A DNA stretch of 64,000 bases from a virus. Taxonomy: Duplodnaviria; Heunggongvirae; Uroviricota; Caudoviricetes. Numbering within the stretch: the stretch's first letter is position 1; every line of letters starts with the position of its first letter. This document shows positions 18,291 through 27,663 of this stretch, one piece after another. The translations under genes were made by a program, and so were the position numbers. The notes beneath the pieces were generated by a model. The model searched no databases, was not told the DNA's origin, and saw only the letters and a program-made list of their open reading frames with translations. The stretch is from the IMG/VR virus record IMGVR_UViG_3300042009_000026, positions 160,001 through 224,000 of that record; one strand, written 5' to 3'.

Positions 18291-18831
18291 ACTACCTCCA
18301 AAAGCCCTCGAACTATTCACTGCGATTCCATGTAATGAGCACTATGTTAAATGGTCCGATCGCGTGCATGCGTTTTATGTCTTCATGGGTGAAACAATGC
18401 CTGATTGGTTGGATGGTTGTGCCGTTGCTGTAAATGACGGTACACTTGCATCCAGTATTGCACAGTGGAACAATGTGTTGTGCCATATGTTCGATCATGG
18501 GGTGAAGTTCCAAATAGCGAACTGCCGTTCGTATTGGTTCATCAAACGTCAGACGTCGAAGTGGGCAACTATCGAAGGCGAGCATAAACTGATTGAGTTG
18601 TGCTATGTATCGTTGTTCGGAGATACTTTCTCCGGTCACGCTACAGAATACTTTCCGGCTAACGGGCTGGATGATGTACGCATGGCGTTATACACGCGTG
18701 TACGTAATGACTGGCACTGTAAAGCGTCAGATATTGGGTATAGTGTCAAAGATGCCATCGAAGCTAACAATGATGATGAAGCTTACCGGCAATTGAAAAG
18801 GGAACTGGTCAGTACTACAGCTCCCGCATAA
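18277..18831 (+). CDS. Hypothetical protein
   Basis: 184 aa, RBS AGGA. Confidence 0.65.
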   Translation: MIMLELPPKALELFTAIPCNEHYVKWSDRVHAFYVFMGETMPDWLDGCAVAVNDGTLASSIAQWNNVLCHMFDHGVKFQIANCRSYWFIKRQTSKWATIEGEHKLIELCYVSLFGDTFSGHATEYFPANGLDDVRMALYTRVRNDWHCKASDIGYSVKDAIEANNDDEAYRQLKRELVSTTAPA

Positions 18832-18920
18832 TGTGCGAGCTGCATGACCACGAATACTTAATGATCTTCCATGAACGAGTTAAGTCTCGTTCATGTTGAT
18901 TTGGTAACGGGGAAAATCAA

Positions 18921-19229
18921 ATGTCGCAAGTAGCTGAAAAAGGTTGCACAGTAAGAATCATCGAAGATAGTGATACATACGAACCAACCAAAGATCCAGT
19001 GCTGGCTAAGGTCGTGTATTCCATGCGTGGCCTGCACATCGTTGAAGGTTCCAAGCTCTGGCCTGATCGGACAGATGTGGCTGATGTTCAAGTAGCCATG
19101 GGCGAGATGTATTGCCGTGGTGGTTGGCATGCAACTCGTACCTCCAAGATCATCCGTGTCGATCATGAAAATGGTCTGGTTGAAACTTTGAATTCCGTCT
19201 ATCGCAGTATCGATGGTCGTCTGGCCTAA
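18921..19229 (+). CDS. Hypothetical phage protein
   Basis: 102 aa; RTSKI...VETLNSVY motif common in small phage proteins. Confidence 0.65.
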   Translation: MSQVAEKGCTVRIIEDSDTYEPTKDPVLAKVVYSMRGLHIVEGSKLWPDRTDVADVQVAMGEMYCRGGWHATRTSKIIRVDHENGLVETLNSVYRSIDGRLA

Positions 19230-19238
19230 GGAATAGAA

Positions 19239-19445
19239 ATGCCGTTAGGTATGGCTGGTGGCACAATTGCTGCTATGGTTATAATGCTCATGCTATCTAT
19301 CGTGATTGCTCTGATAGAGATCGGCAAGAATGGGCCAAGCTGTCACAACAAATTAATGTGGTGCTTTGGTACCATGTCGGTCGAAGTGCTGGTTATTTTT
19401 GTAACCATGACCAATTACATTAATCATGGTGTCGGTGCATCATGA
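19239..19445 (+). CDS. Two-TM membrane protein
   Basis: RBS AAGGA; two hydrophobic helices. Confidence 0.65.
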   Translation: MPLGMAGGTIAAMVIMLMLSIVIALIEIGKNGPSCHNKLMWCFGTMSVEVLVIFVTMTNYINHGVGAS

Positions 19446-19705
19446 TCCAATGGCTAACACTAATAGTGGCACTAGCGGCTCTTGTAGTCGCAGTGATCGC
19501 ACTTTATCGTGCAACCCACACCGAACGTAAGGTTCAGGTTATCCCACCTCCTTGCCAACACAAGTGGGGTGTGCGCGAAATGTCAAATCGAAGTGATCGA
19601 TGGGATCGTTGCACTGGTTATGTGTACATCATGCAATGTGCAGACTGTGGTGATCTCAAAGCCACGCATATTAACGTTAACGGTCGTGATTGGACGGAAC
19701 ACTAA
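19442..19705 (+). CDS. TM-anchored zinc-ribbon protein
   Basis: N-terminal TM; CQHKW...CADC. Confidence 0.65.
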   Translation: MIQWLTLIVALAALVVAVIALYRATHTERKVQVIPPPCQHKWGVREMSNRSDRWDRCTGYVYIMQCADCGDLKATHINVNGRDWTEH

Positions 19706-20199
19706 TGAAAGATGAAACGCTGTACCAAGCATTCCAAGCTTTGTTCTTTGCCTGCTGGCATTCGAAAGATAACAAACGCGAATATACCGAAAAGCTTCGT
19801 GCTTTAGCTGAACTAGGTGAAAAGGTTTGGCCAGATAAGTTCGAGATGGTTCGGAAGAATCATTCGTGGTCTACTTGGCAGCAACGTTACAATGACCCTG
19901 AGGCTATTCTGCCTCAACGTATTTGTGATGATGCGCTGCTGCAACGCATTACCATTGAGATGTTACTGAACTGTACCTTTCATGCACGAGGTGATTGGTA
20001 CATCAACATTGAATCTGAACGTGCGATCGATGATAGCCTGAACGGCATGTCATTGACTTACTACAATCGAGTAAGTGAGGAGACCCTGTATATCGGACGT
20101 TTCTTTAGTAGTGTCACTACCACAATGATGATCGAAGTTGGTCATCACATCCGTTTCATCGAGGGCGCTTCTAATCCAATGACGGCAGACACTGAATGA
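19705..20199 (+). CDS. Hypothetical protein
   Basis: TAATG coupling, ATG 19705. Confidence 0.65.
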   Translation: MKDETLYQAFQALFFACWHSKDNKREYTEKLRALAELGEKVWPDKFEMVRKNHSWSTWQQRYNDPEAILPQRICDDALLQRITIEMLLNCTFHARGDWYINIESERAIDDSLNGMSLTYYNRVSEETLYIGRFFSSVTTTMMIEVGHHIRFIEGASNPMTADTE

Positions 20200-20444
20200 T
20201 CACGATTACACTACAAGGCATTTACGTAATCTCTTCATTGCTCAGCTTGGCTATTGCATTGGTTGTAGGTATTCATCTGCATCAACTGGATAATTGTCTT
20301 CGTGAACTTAAGGTTCACAATGATCCCAGGGTTAAATACTTCACAGCTGCTGTTAGTTTCTTCGGTACGGCTATGTGGGTTATCTTGGGTGCAATCTTCG
20401 CTTGTCTGATGGTGTACGAAGACTTCCGTAGACTCGGATTATAA
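20196..20444 (+). CDS. Two-TM membrane protein
   Basis: ATGA coupling; two hydrophobic helices. Confidence 0.65.
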   Translation: MITITLQGIYVISSLLSLAIALVVGIHLHQLDNCLRELKVHNDPRVKYFTAAVSFFGTAMWVILGAIFACLMVYEDFRRLGL

Positions 20445-20590
20445 AAAGTACTGATGCCCCCTACCTAATGTGGACATAGGTGACTAAGAGCATAGGAGGG
20501 GGCTTTTTATCGCTTTAATTGGGAGTAGAGTCTTTAGCTCTACTCTTCCTTTATTCTTTTGCTTTACAACAACCCAATAGGAAATTAACT

Positions 20591-21139
20591 ATGTTCACAT
20601 CTAGCGATAACTATCTGCCTACCATGTTGGTGGTTGGCCTGAACAAGTTTAAACAAACGGATTGGTCTGATTCGGCATGTAGTGCTGCGTCCCGTATCTG
20701 GTATAACTCTACTAACCCGAAGAAAGTTATTCGGAAGGTTGTAGTTAAGCGTCGACATCCAGATGCTCCCCATGCTGCGAAGAAGCTCCGCAAAATAGCG
20801 GAGATGGTTACGTGGTGTCTTAATGAAGGCGAGTACATGACTATCCGTCCAGACGGGTCACTGGAAAACAAATTTATGTGTCTGATCCTGACAGCCCCAT
20901 ATGCTCCCCATCATTTCACAGCTGATGAAGTAAGGATGACTGTCGATTACATCATGGCTTGTCTGAATGCATCAGCTGGACCAGATGATACAGTTAGTGC
21001 ACTAGCAACATACCTGAGGGGTTTGAGTGAGGACAAGTTGTCGAATCCAGAACTACGTGACCTGTCTTATCAGTGGTATCAGTTGATGTTGACTGATCTC
21101 GAAAACAAAATTACCCAGTTAGAAAAGGTAGCAGCCTAA
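20591..21139 (+). CDS. Hypothetical protein
   Basis: RBS AGGA, ATG 20591. Confidence 0.65.
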   Translation: MFTSSDNYLPTMLVVGLNKFKQTDWSDSACSAASRIWYNSTNPKKVIRKVVVKRRHPDAPHAAKKLRKIAEMVTWCLNEGEYMTIRPDGSLENKFMCLILTAPYAPHHFTADEVRMTVDYIMACLNASAGPDDTVSALATYLRGLSEDKLSNPELRDLSYQWYQLMLTDLENKITQLEKVAA

Positions 21140-21459
21140 TGTTGGTAACAGGCTTCTATAAACATGAACCATCTATCCATGAAGATGGTAATGTAGCTAG
21201 TTACGATTCGGTTGGCATGCTTGCCGTTGACCTGAAACGTCGTGCCCGCTGTGTACTGGGCTTACGTGGCATAAATCATGCAGAGACCATGTCATTAGAT
21301 GGCAATGCTGTCCAACATGCAATGCGTATGATCGCCGGTAATCATGAAGGTAGCATACAAGTAATTGAATGGGTGATGGCCGAATATGCCACCCACATTG
21401 CTAATGAAACCCATTACTGGGAATCACCTAGGCTATCATCTGATATCCACTGGGAATAG
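21139..21459 (+). CDS. Hypothetical protein
   Basis: TAATG coupling; 106 aa. Confidence 0.6.
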   Translation: MLVTGFYKHEPSIHEDGNVASYDSVGMLAVDLKRRARCVLGLRGINHAETMSLDGNAVQHAMRMIAGNHEGSIQVIEWVMAEYATHIANETHYWESPRLSSDIHWE

Positions 21460-21505
21460 CTATAGCAGTAAATGCAACTATAGATCAACTACTTAGAGAA
21501 TTCAG

Positions 21506-21937
21506 ATGTTCCAGAAACTGAGAAAAGCCTTTACCCACCGATTGATCGAAGATAACAATATCAATGCTGCATTGATCCGTGAAAGGATTGACATGAATCG
21601 TCGTGTAGCTAACTTGGTAGAGCATGCACTTGTAAGTGGTGCATACGCTGGTCCACAGCTGGCTGATAATGGTTTCATGTGTATCGTTCTGTGCGAGAAC
21701 ACTACCGATCCCGAAGCAGCCATGGTTGCAAGAGAACGGATCATGGCACGCATCTATCCAAATCCCGCCTTAGTGTCGCACATGGTGAGACACGGTGAAC
21801 TGAATCTTACAGATGACCCGTTTATAATGCGTATTCATTGCTCGAATTGGTTCTGGAGTTTCATCAACGAGCAACGTGATCATGCCGATCACCTCGAACA
21901 AAACTGCTGCCCTCGCCAATTTAATAAGGTCTTGTAA
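21506..21937 (+). CDS. Hypothetical protein, tandem paralog A
   Basis: FMCIVL...ARERIMARIYP...SNWFWSFINEQR. Confidence 0.7.
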   Translation: MFQKLRKAFTHRLIEDNNINAALIRERIDMNRRVANLVEHALVSGAYAGPQLADNGFMCIVLCENTTDPEAAMVARERIMARIYPNPALVSHMVRHGELNLTDDPFIMRIHCSNWFWSFINEQRDHADHLEQNCCPRQFNKVL

Positions 21938-22398
21938 TGAAACAACTGGCTAAGTCTCTTGTCGCTGTGATCGCCCCTACTACTGAAATGGGCAAACGTT
22001 TTATCTTCGAAGCAAACCGTAACCAGGAAGTTCTTAAACTCAGACTGGCTGCTGATGCAATCGAACGAATGATCGTAGGTGGGTATTATGCAACTGAAGC
22101 ATACCGCTCTTGGTATATGTGTCTAACCCTGCGCGTAGCTCAAGAACAAGGCGTGATTAGTCGTGAAGCTAGGCATGCAGCACGTTATCACATCATGACC
22201 AAAATTTTCCCAAGATCATCTTTGCTTACTCATTTGCGATACGCTGCCAATGGGTCTGTTGATGAACTAATGGAACATGTCAATCGAGATGAATTCGAAG
22301 AACGCCTGTTCCGTTCAAATTGGTATTGGGGTTTTATTCGTGAACTGCGTGCACGTGCTTGTATACTAGAACATGAAACTTATGGAGGTCACTGGTGA
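21937..22398 (+). CDS. Hypothetical protein, tandem paralog B
   Basis: YMCLTL...ARYHIMTKIFP...SNWYWGFIRELR. Confidence 0.7.
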   Translation: MKQLAKSLVAVIAPTTEMGKRFIFEANRNQEVLKLRLAADAIERMIVGGYYATEAYRSWYMCLTLRVAQEQGVISREARHAARYHIMTKIFPRSSLLTHLRYAANGSVDELMEHVNRDEFEERLFRSNWYWGFIRELRARACILEHETYGGHW

Positions 22399-22685
22399 AA
22401 CTTCGGGATTCGGCAACAGTGGTAGGCGTATTGGTTCGAGAACACCTCGAAGCATTCGAAAAAGAATTTAATCATCAGCTGCGTAATGCCAGTGCAGCTG
22501 CACTGAATTCACGTACTGAGACAGAAGGAAAGAATCGGCGCTACTGGGGAATATCTATTCCAGTGCAAGTAAACACTGCAACGTATATTCACATCCGTGA
22601 TGAACTACGTAAAGTTGGTTGGCAAGTTCTAGACTTTGCCGACGATGTTCCTGATCGCAACACATTCAAAATCGCTGTACTGTGA
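22395..22685 (+). CDS. Hypothetical protein (FN..YW..GW family)
   Basis: RBS GGAGG, GTG start. Confidence 0.7.
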   Translation: MKLRDSATVVGVLVREHLEAFEKEFNHQLRNASAAALNSRTETEGKNRRYWGISIPVQVNTATYIHIRDELRKVGWQVLDFADDVPDRNTFKIAVL

Positions 22686-22719
22686 CATAAAGCCTCTCCT
22701 TCGGGAGAGGCATTTATTT
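22686..22719. terminator. CATA-hairpin terminator
   Basis: CATAAA-GCCTCTCC-TTCG-GGAGAGGC-ATTTATTT. Confidence 0.8.
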
Positions 22720-22727
22720 CGTATTTT

Positions 22728-22756
22728 GATTTAACTTTATTTTACCGCTATATTAC
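22728..22756 (+). promoter_or_regulatory. Early promoter
   Basis: GATTTAAC-N13-TATATTAC. Confidence 0.85.
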
Positions 22757-22783
22757 TAACTTGAATATACTAGGAGCAACACC

Positions 22784-23497
22784 ATGTCTAACCTTATCCG
22801 CGTCTATATTCGTAATAACCTTACCTCTACCGTGTTCTATTTGGTAATGGTTGATCGTAAATGCGAATGGCGCGAAAAGAACACAATGATCGATGCTGTA
22901 CGTGAAGCCATGTGGTTTGATCGTAACAGTGATACTTTCTCCAACATGTACAAGGAAGTCGCTGATTTCATCAAAGCTTCACCTAGCTTGGCTAAGTCAA
23001 TTGAAGTAATCGTCGAAGACAACAACCATGGTACGTTCTACCGCGGTGATCTCGAAGGCCTCGGCAATTTCGAAACCACTACCACCCACATCAAAGACGC
23101 TATGGCTTCTATGCCTGAAGTACCACCTGTAGAAAACTCTTCACCGACTCCACCTGAACGGGTAGAACCAGTGGAGATTCACCCACCGAGACAAATCGTC
23201 TCAACCACCGAAGTTCTCGACGTTGCTAACGAAGAGATTATCGATGAGTTCTGTCAAGAGTTCAACGATAAAATGTCCAAAGGTCAATGGGTCTTAGACC
23301 ACGCGACTTATGGGGCAGGTGGTAAACAGTATTGGAAGTTTACCTATGCGGGTACTTTCAATGCATGCACTATCGCAGCAATCGAAAAGATTCTGCACGA
23401 AGGTGGATGGAAAATCTTGGATGTCACCCATGGGGAAAGCAGGGGTGCATTCATTGATGGTCCGTTTACATGCCTGGATATCGGGCGAGCTGTGTAA
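22784..23497 (+). CDS. Two-domain hypothetical protein with C-terminal FN..YW..GW domain
   Basis: RBS AGGAG; Pro-rich linker. Confidence 0.75.
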   Translation: MSNLIRVYIRNNLTSTVFYLVMVDRKCEWREKNTMIDAVREAMWFDRNSDTFSNMYKEVADFIKASPSLAKSIEVIVEDNNHGTFYRGDLEGLGNFETTTTHIKDAMASMPEVPPVENSSPTPPERVEPVEIHPPRQIVSTTEVLDVANEEIIDEFCQEFNDKMSKGQWVLDHATYGAGGKQYWKFTYAGTFNACTIAAIEKILHEGGWKILDVTHGESRGAFIDGPFTCLDIGRAV

Positions 23498-23510
23498 CAA
23501 GGAGGTGGGT

Positions 23511-23732
23511 ATGTCTGAAGCTATTGAAATGATGAAAACCATTGGTGATCATCATTACGTTGCAACAGATAGTCGTACTGTAATAGCTAGGGAGTATGGG
23601 TTGTCAGCAAATGGCAATCCGTACAGAGGTGCTTGGGTGTTGCGTGAATTCAACACCGGCAAGTACCTGGATCATGATCATAACCGTAATGATCTATTCG
23701 AAAGAAATAAAATTAAAATACTGGAGCTTTAA
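23511..23732 (+). CDS. Hypothetical protein
   Basis: RBS AGGAGGT, ATG 23511. Confidence 0.7.
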   Translation: MSEAIEMMKTIGDHHYVATDSRTVIAREYGLSANGNPYRGAWVLREFNTGKYLDHDHNRNDLFERNKIKILEL

Positions 23733-23734
23733 GC

Positions 23735-24115
23735 ATGTGTCGTAGATTGGGGCGGAAACATCTGGAGTATACAGATCGCAGGAAAAATCTGTATATTCCC
23801 AATAAGGACGTTGGACGTGTCTCAACGGATGGGACATTGAATGTCGGTGCAAAACTGGTGATGCAACGTGCCTATAATGGGCGTCGCATTGTTGAACTGT
23901 ACGGGTTTAACGCGTTGAATGCCTATACGGATCTTCGCGATAAGTTCAACGGTGGCGAACAGTTCTCATTGAACTTACGCCAGACACCAGCGAAAAGAGA
24001 TCGACTGGCACATCTCGAATATACTCAAGGCCGTGTTGGGCCAACAGCATATACGAATGTGCGCCGCGCTGATCACCTCAAACGCAATAACGTAAAAGCA
24101 ACCGGACAGGTATAA
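23735..24115 (+). CDS. Basic hypothetical protein
   Basis: RBS GGAG; 126 aa. Confidence 0.6.
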   Translation: MCRRLGRKHLEYTDRRKNLYIPNKDVGRVSTDGTLNVGAKLVMQRAYNGRRIVELYGFNALNAYTDLRDKFNGGEQFSLNLRQTPAKRDRLAHLEYTQGRVGPTAYTNVRRADHLKRNNVKATGQV

Positions 24116-24125
24116 AGGAATAGCA

Positions 24126-24416
24126 ATGTCACGTGTAATTTCTGCTGCGCAGGCACTCGGCCAACTCCGCGATGACCAAGTCGATGAATTCTTAAAAACA
24201 TTCAACGACTGCATGAGCGATCCGATTTGGATCGACAAATGGCGTTGCGGTCTGCCTGATGCAAACTACTGGCGGTTCTCTATGCATGGGGAACACACTG
24301 TTGCTACGGAATTAAAAATCCGCAGTGAACTGGAAGATGCTGGTTGGAAAGTAAACGAAGTGGCTCGCGGCACAGACCGCACAGCTTATACCTGCTACTA
24401 CGTTGCAAAAGCGTAA
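24126..24416 (+). CDS. Hypothetical protein (FN..YW..GW family)
   Basis: RBS AAGGA. Confidence 0.7.
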   Translation: MSRVISAAQALGQLRDDQVDEFLKTFNDCMSDPIWIDKWRCGLPDANYWRFSMHGEHTVATELKIRSELEDAGWKVNEVARGTDRTAYTCYYVAKA

Positions 24417-24441
24417 GAAACAAAACGACACTGTGTAAAAC

Positions 24442-24471
24442 AAAGGGGTGGTAGATGGATACCACCCCTTT
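24442..24471. terminator. Hairpin terminator
   Basis: AAAGGGGTGGTA-GATGGA-TACCACCCCTTT. Confidence 0.7.
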
Positions 24472-24491
24472 CACTAATTTAAGGATTAAAT

Positions 24492-24950
24492 ATGCCATTC
24501 GAAATTCCGAAGCATGCTATTCCTGCTTTCTTGCGGTTGGTAGAAATAAAAGACCTGTCCAAACATGTTTGGATGTGGGGCCAGTACATGGACTCATTCG
24601 ATAGACCCCTGTTTATCGAAACAGGGGAACACATTTTCGAAACGCCAACAGCAATGCACCATGCTGGTTTTACCACAGACCATGAATTACCAGATGCCAT
24701 GCAGTGGTGCACAGCAATGTTGACCGAGTTGTTCGAAGGAGGACTCATCATTGCAACTGGCGTAGCAGATCGACTGACCGTTACACCGACAGATACCTGT
24801 TTCGTATTGAGTTACGAATCTATTGGTCGGATGCGGGACTGGTGTTGGATCAACCAGCGTGCAGATGAACAATTTCGACTTGATCGTCCATACGACTTGA
24901 TGAAAGCTATCGTTCGTCGTTTTCCTGAACCATGGAACAATATTAACTAA
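24492..24950 (+). CDS. Hypothetical protein
   Basis: RBS AAGGA; 152 aa. Confidence 0.7.
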   Translation: MPFEIPKHAIPAFLRLVEIKDLSKHVWMWGQYMDSFDRPLFIETGEHIFETPTAMHHAGFTTDHELPDAMQWCTAMLTELFEGGLIIATGVADRLTVTPTDTCFVLSYESIGRMRDWCWINQRADEQFRLDRPYDLMKAIVRRFPEPWNNIN

Positions 24951-24963
24951 GTTAGGAATCAGC

Positions 24964-25746
24964 ATGGCTTACGAAAAGATTTATAAAGGTCAACGTGAAA
25001 CTGGTGTTGTCACCAAATACGAATACATCGATGAAGCAGGCAAGACGTGCTTCCACGAGATTGCAGAAAAAGAACCCCATCATGAAATTGAATGGGTCCA
25101 GAAGTGGCAACCAGAGCATGCTCCAGTAGGTTCTGTGGTACGCTACAAATCTTCGCGGTCTTTTGCTCCAGATGACGAACTTGTTGAGGTGACTGTAACT
25201 GGTCACTACTGGAATGGCGTTAAGTCGTGGGTTGTGTTGACTGACGATGTCTGCCAGATTCGGGGTGGTGATAGCAAATGTAGTTTCAATGGTGATCATA
25301 TCCGTGAGATTGTATCCCGTGGTAAAGGCGGGGTGCAGTTTACTAACAACAAACAAACTATCAAGCATTTCACTGAAAACTACAATAAAGGCTTAACCCA
25401 ATTACCGAGCGGCGTAAAGCGCCCACATTTGTACGCCGCACATCTTCCTTCGGATATTGTCGGTTACGTATTAACCACACATCCACGATTTGCTGATTTC
25501 TTTGATGGCATGCATGAAAACATGTTTGTCCATGATATTACAAAAATGCTTGCACCACTGTTCCAGTTCACTTGGACTTCTACATGGAGTGGCTATGCAA
25601 CAATAAACAAAAAGAAACTGATCAAAGCCTTGGCCCGTATTATTCCACGGGGTCGCACCAGTAAGTTGATTTCCTGGAAAGCAGAACAAAAAGCGGCAGC
25701 GGAAGATTATCGTCGAGATATGGAAGATTTCTTCAACGATCTGTAA
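24964..25746 (+). CDS. Hypothetical protein
   Basis: RBS AGGA; 260 aa. Confidence 0.7.
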   Translation: MAYEKIYKGQRETGVVTKYEYIDEAGKTCFHEIAEKEPHHEIEWVQKWQPEHAPVGSVVRYKSSRSFAPDDELVEVTVTGHYWNGVKSWVVLTDDVCQIRGGDSKCSFNGDHIREIVSRGKGGVQFTNNKQTIKHFTENYNKGLTQLPSGVKRPHLYAAHLPSDIVGYVLTTHPRFADFFDGMHENMFVHDITKMLAPLFQFTWTSTWSGYATINKKKLIKALARIIPRGRTSKLISWKAEQKAAAEDYRRDMEDFFNDL

Positions 25747-25811
25747 TACCGATTTAAAAGCAATACACAACTTTTAATCTTGATGTACTTGATTTGGGGT
25801 AACGTTACAAA

Positions 25812-26150
25812 ATGCGTATTACTAACATGTCCAAGAGCTACTCTCCCCCTGCGTTGGATCTGGTAAACCAACTCGTTGATGCTAATGGGATGGTTCCAGT
25901 ATATCACAAAACTGGTCAATGCATGCGTTGGGTTAGTGACGGTGTACGCGAAACACTCGATCCAACTTCGGTATGTCATGACTTCATGGTACCTGCTGCA
26001 TCGCTACAAGCTCGTCTCGGCACAGATGCCGGTGGTGAGTTTATGCATCTTACATTTCCTGCTGCATGTGGTCGTTGGCACAACATCGTTCGTGCTGAAA
26101 ATGGTCGTCTGGTAATGGGCGATCCAAAACTCCCAACTTGGATGTACTGA
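25812..26150 (+). CDS. Hypothetical protein
   Basis: 112 aa ORF. Confidence 0.6.
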   Translation: MRITNMSKSYSPPALDLVNQLVDANGMVPVYHKTGQCMRWVSDGVRETLDPTSVCHDFMVPAASLQARLGTDAGGEFMHLTFPAACGRWHNIVRAENGRLVMGDPKLPTWMY

Positions 26151-26151
26151 T

Positions 26152-26553
26152 ATGAATACCCAGTTCCACGAAATTGATATAAAGGTAGTGAATAGTTATC
26201 ACTCGCCTGAAGTCATCAATGCGTTCTATGCCTTACTTAAGCATCCGACTGAGAAGGTTAGGATCATCCATCAGTTCTACTCAGAAACGTGCACACGCCA
26301 CGTGGAGATCATGGTTGGTGACAAGGTAGCATATACCTGCATCTTCGACATGATGGGGAACGAGATGGTTCGTGGACTGATTAACTACCAGATCCGTGAA
26401 GATCCAATCTACCTGTCTCGCATGGCTCTGCGTGATGTGTATAACTTCCTTCAGCAAAATGCAATCCACCACTACGAAGCAATCGTAGAACGGGTATCTG
26501 CGGACTATCGTGAAGTAGGCGATATCGAAGGTCTCGTCAAAAACATTTCTTAA
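26152..26553 (+). CDS. Hypothetical protein
   Basis: 133 aa ORF in operon. Confidence 0.6.
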   Translation: MNTQFHEIDIKVVNSYHSPEVINAFYALLKHPTEKVRIIHQFYSETCTRHVEIMVGDKVAYTCIFDMMGNEMVRGLINYQIREDPIYLSRMALRDVYNFLQQNAIHHYEAIVERVSADYREVGDIEGLVKNIS

Positions 26554-26940
26554 ATGGAGTGGAAGTTGAAAAAGATTATAACCGTACACCGTAAACGACA
26601 TGGGATCTCATACATTCCTAAGCAGTACGTAAAAGATCTGGCTGATGGTGTTAATATCATCAGCATTATTCTGGAAGGTGATCGTCGTCCAGCCTTTAAG
26701 CCAAATCAGAAAGTACTTGAGCTGACTGATTTGGCATTTGGTTTGAATGGCGATGATCACCGGAAAGCTTTAGCTTTTATGGATGAGTTGGATGGTGAAA
26801 ACCTTTTCATTCATTGTGAAATGGGCCAAGTCCGATCTAAAGGGCTTGCTCGATGGTTGCAACACCAACGTCCCCAGTATCAAATCAGTGGACATACTAC
26901 TGATTTTTGCATGGCACTCCAGATCCATAAGGAAACATAA
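26554..26940 (+). CDS. Putative PTP/dual-specificity (CX5R) phosphatase
   Basis: LFIHCEMGQVRS matches the HCxxGxxRS P-loop. Confidence 0.75.
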   Translation: MEWKLKKIITVHRKRHGISYIPKQYVKDLADGVNIISIILEGDRRPAFKPNQKVLELTDLAFGLNGDDHRKALAFMDELDGENLFIHCEMGQVRSKGLARWLQHQRPQYQISGHTTDFCMALQIHKET

Positions 26941-27224
26941 TGTCTTCAACTTATTCCGAACCAGTTAGTACTGCGGACGTTCTGTACCTCGAACACTACG
27001 GTAATCCGAATTCTTTCGGTACATTGGCACAACGTATTACCGACCATTTTGGTCCAGATGTCAAACTCAGTCAGTTTGATATCGAACCTGAACGTTTGCA
27101 GGTTCGAGGATGCATGTGTTGCAATGATTCTAGCGACTATGAAATCTACTTAGTGATTACCAGACGTACCGATCTGTGTGAATCAACGGCAGATCAGTTG
27201 ATGTCCAGCCTCACCATTTCTTAA
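26940..27224 (+). CDS. Hypothetical protein
   Basis: TAATG coupling; GCMCC motif. Confidence 0.65.
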   Translation: MSSTYSEPVSTADVLYLEHYGNPNSFGTLAQRITDHFGPDVKLSQFDIEPERLQVRGCMCCNDSSDYEIYLVITRRTDLCESTADQLMSSLTIS

Positions 27225-27234
27225 GGAGCGGTAC

Positions 27235-27663
27235 ATGCATTCGGATCTCAGCAGGCTGAAACTGAAATACTACATTAATCGATACGGTGAAATCACCTAC
27301 GATGAAGCAGTTCAGCTTGCGAAAGAAGCAGAACAAATCGCTACTGACTGTGGTCCAATGGACCCAGCCTTTATCTACTTTGCGCAACAAGTCCGCGATA
27401 TGTGGAAGTTTGCCTCAGTTCGTAACGAAACCGAAAATCTGGAACGGAACGAGCATCTTGATCGTAAAGTATTCCTTTGCGCTTGGACGGATTGCACATG
27501 GGGTAAACCCAAAGTCCAACGTACTGAGGAAATCGTTTTCCAGATTCCTCGATACAACCGATCACTTTCGGAACAGCGGTCATATATGGCCCAGGATATT
27601 CGGGTACGCTACAATGTGCTGGTGTGTACTGACGATATTGAATTCATGGAGATGGAAGAATAA
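27235..27663 (+). CDS. Hypothetical protein
   Basis: RBS AAGGAG. Confidence 0.7.
   Translation: MHSDLSRLKLKYYINRYGEITYDEAVQLAKEAEQIATDCGPMDPAFIYFAQQVRDMWKFASVRNETENLERNEHLDRKVFLCAWTDCTWGKPKVQRTEEIVFQIPRYNRSLSEQRSYMAQDIRVRYNVLVCTDDIEFMEMEE

Noticed and set aside
18831-18899. 22-codon ORF containing hairpin CATGAACGAG-TTAAGT-CTCGTTCATG
   Set aside because: No RBS and too short to support; the hairpin alone is unremarkable.
25751-25830. Possible early promoter (GATTTAAAAG; CGTATTAC)
   Set aside because: The two elements lack the 21-nt register, and the core has two mismatches and lies inside a CDS start.
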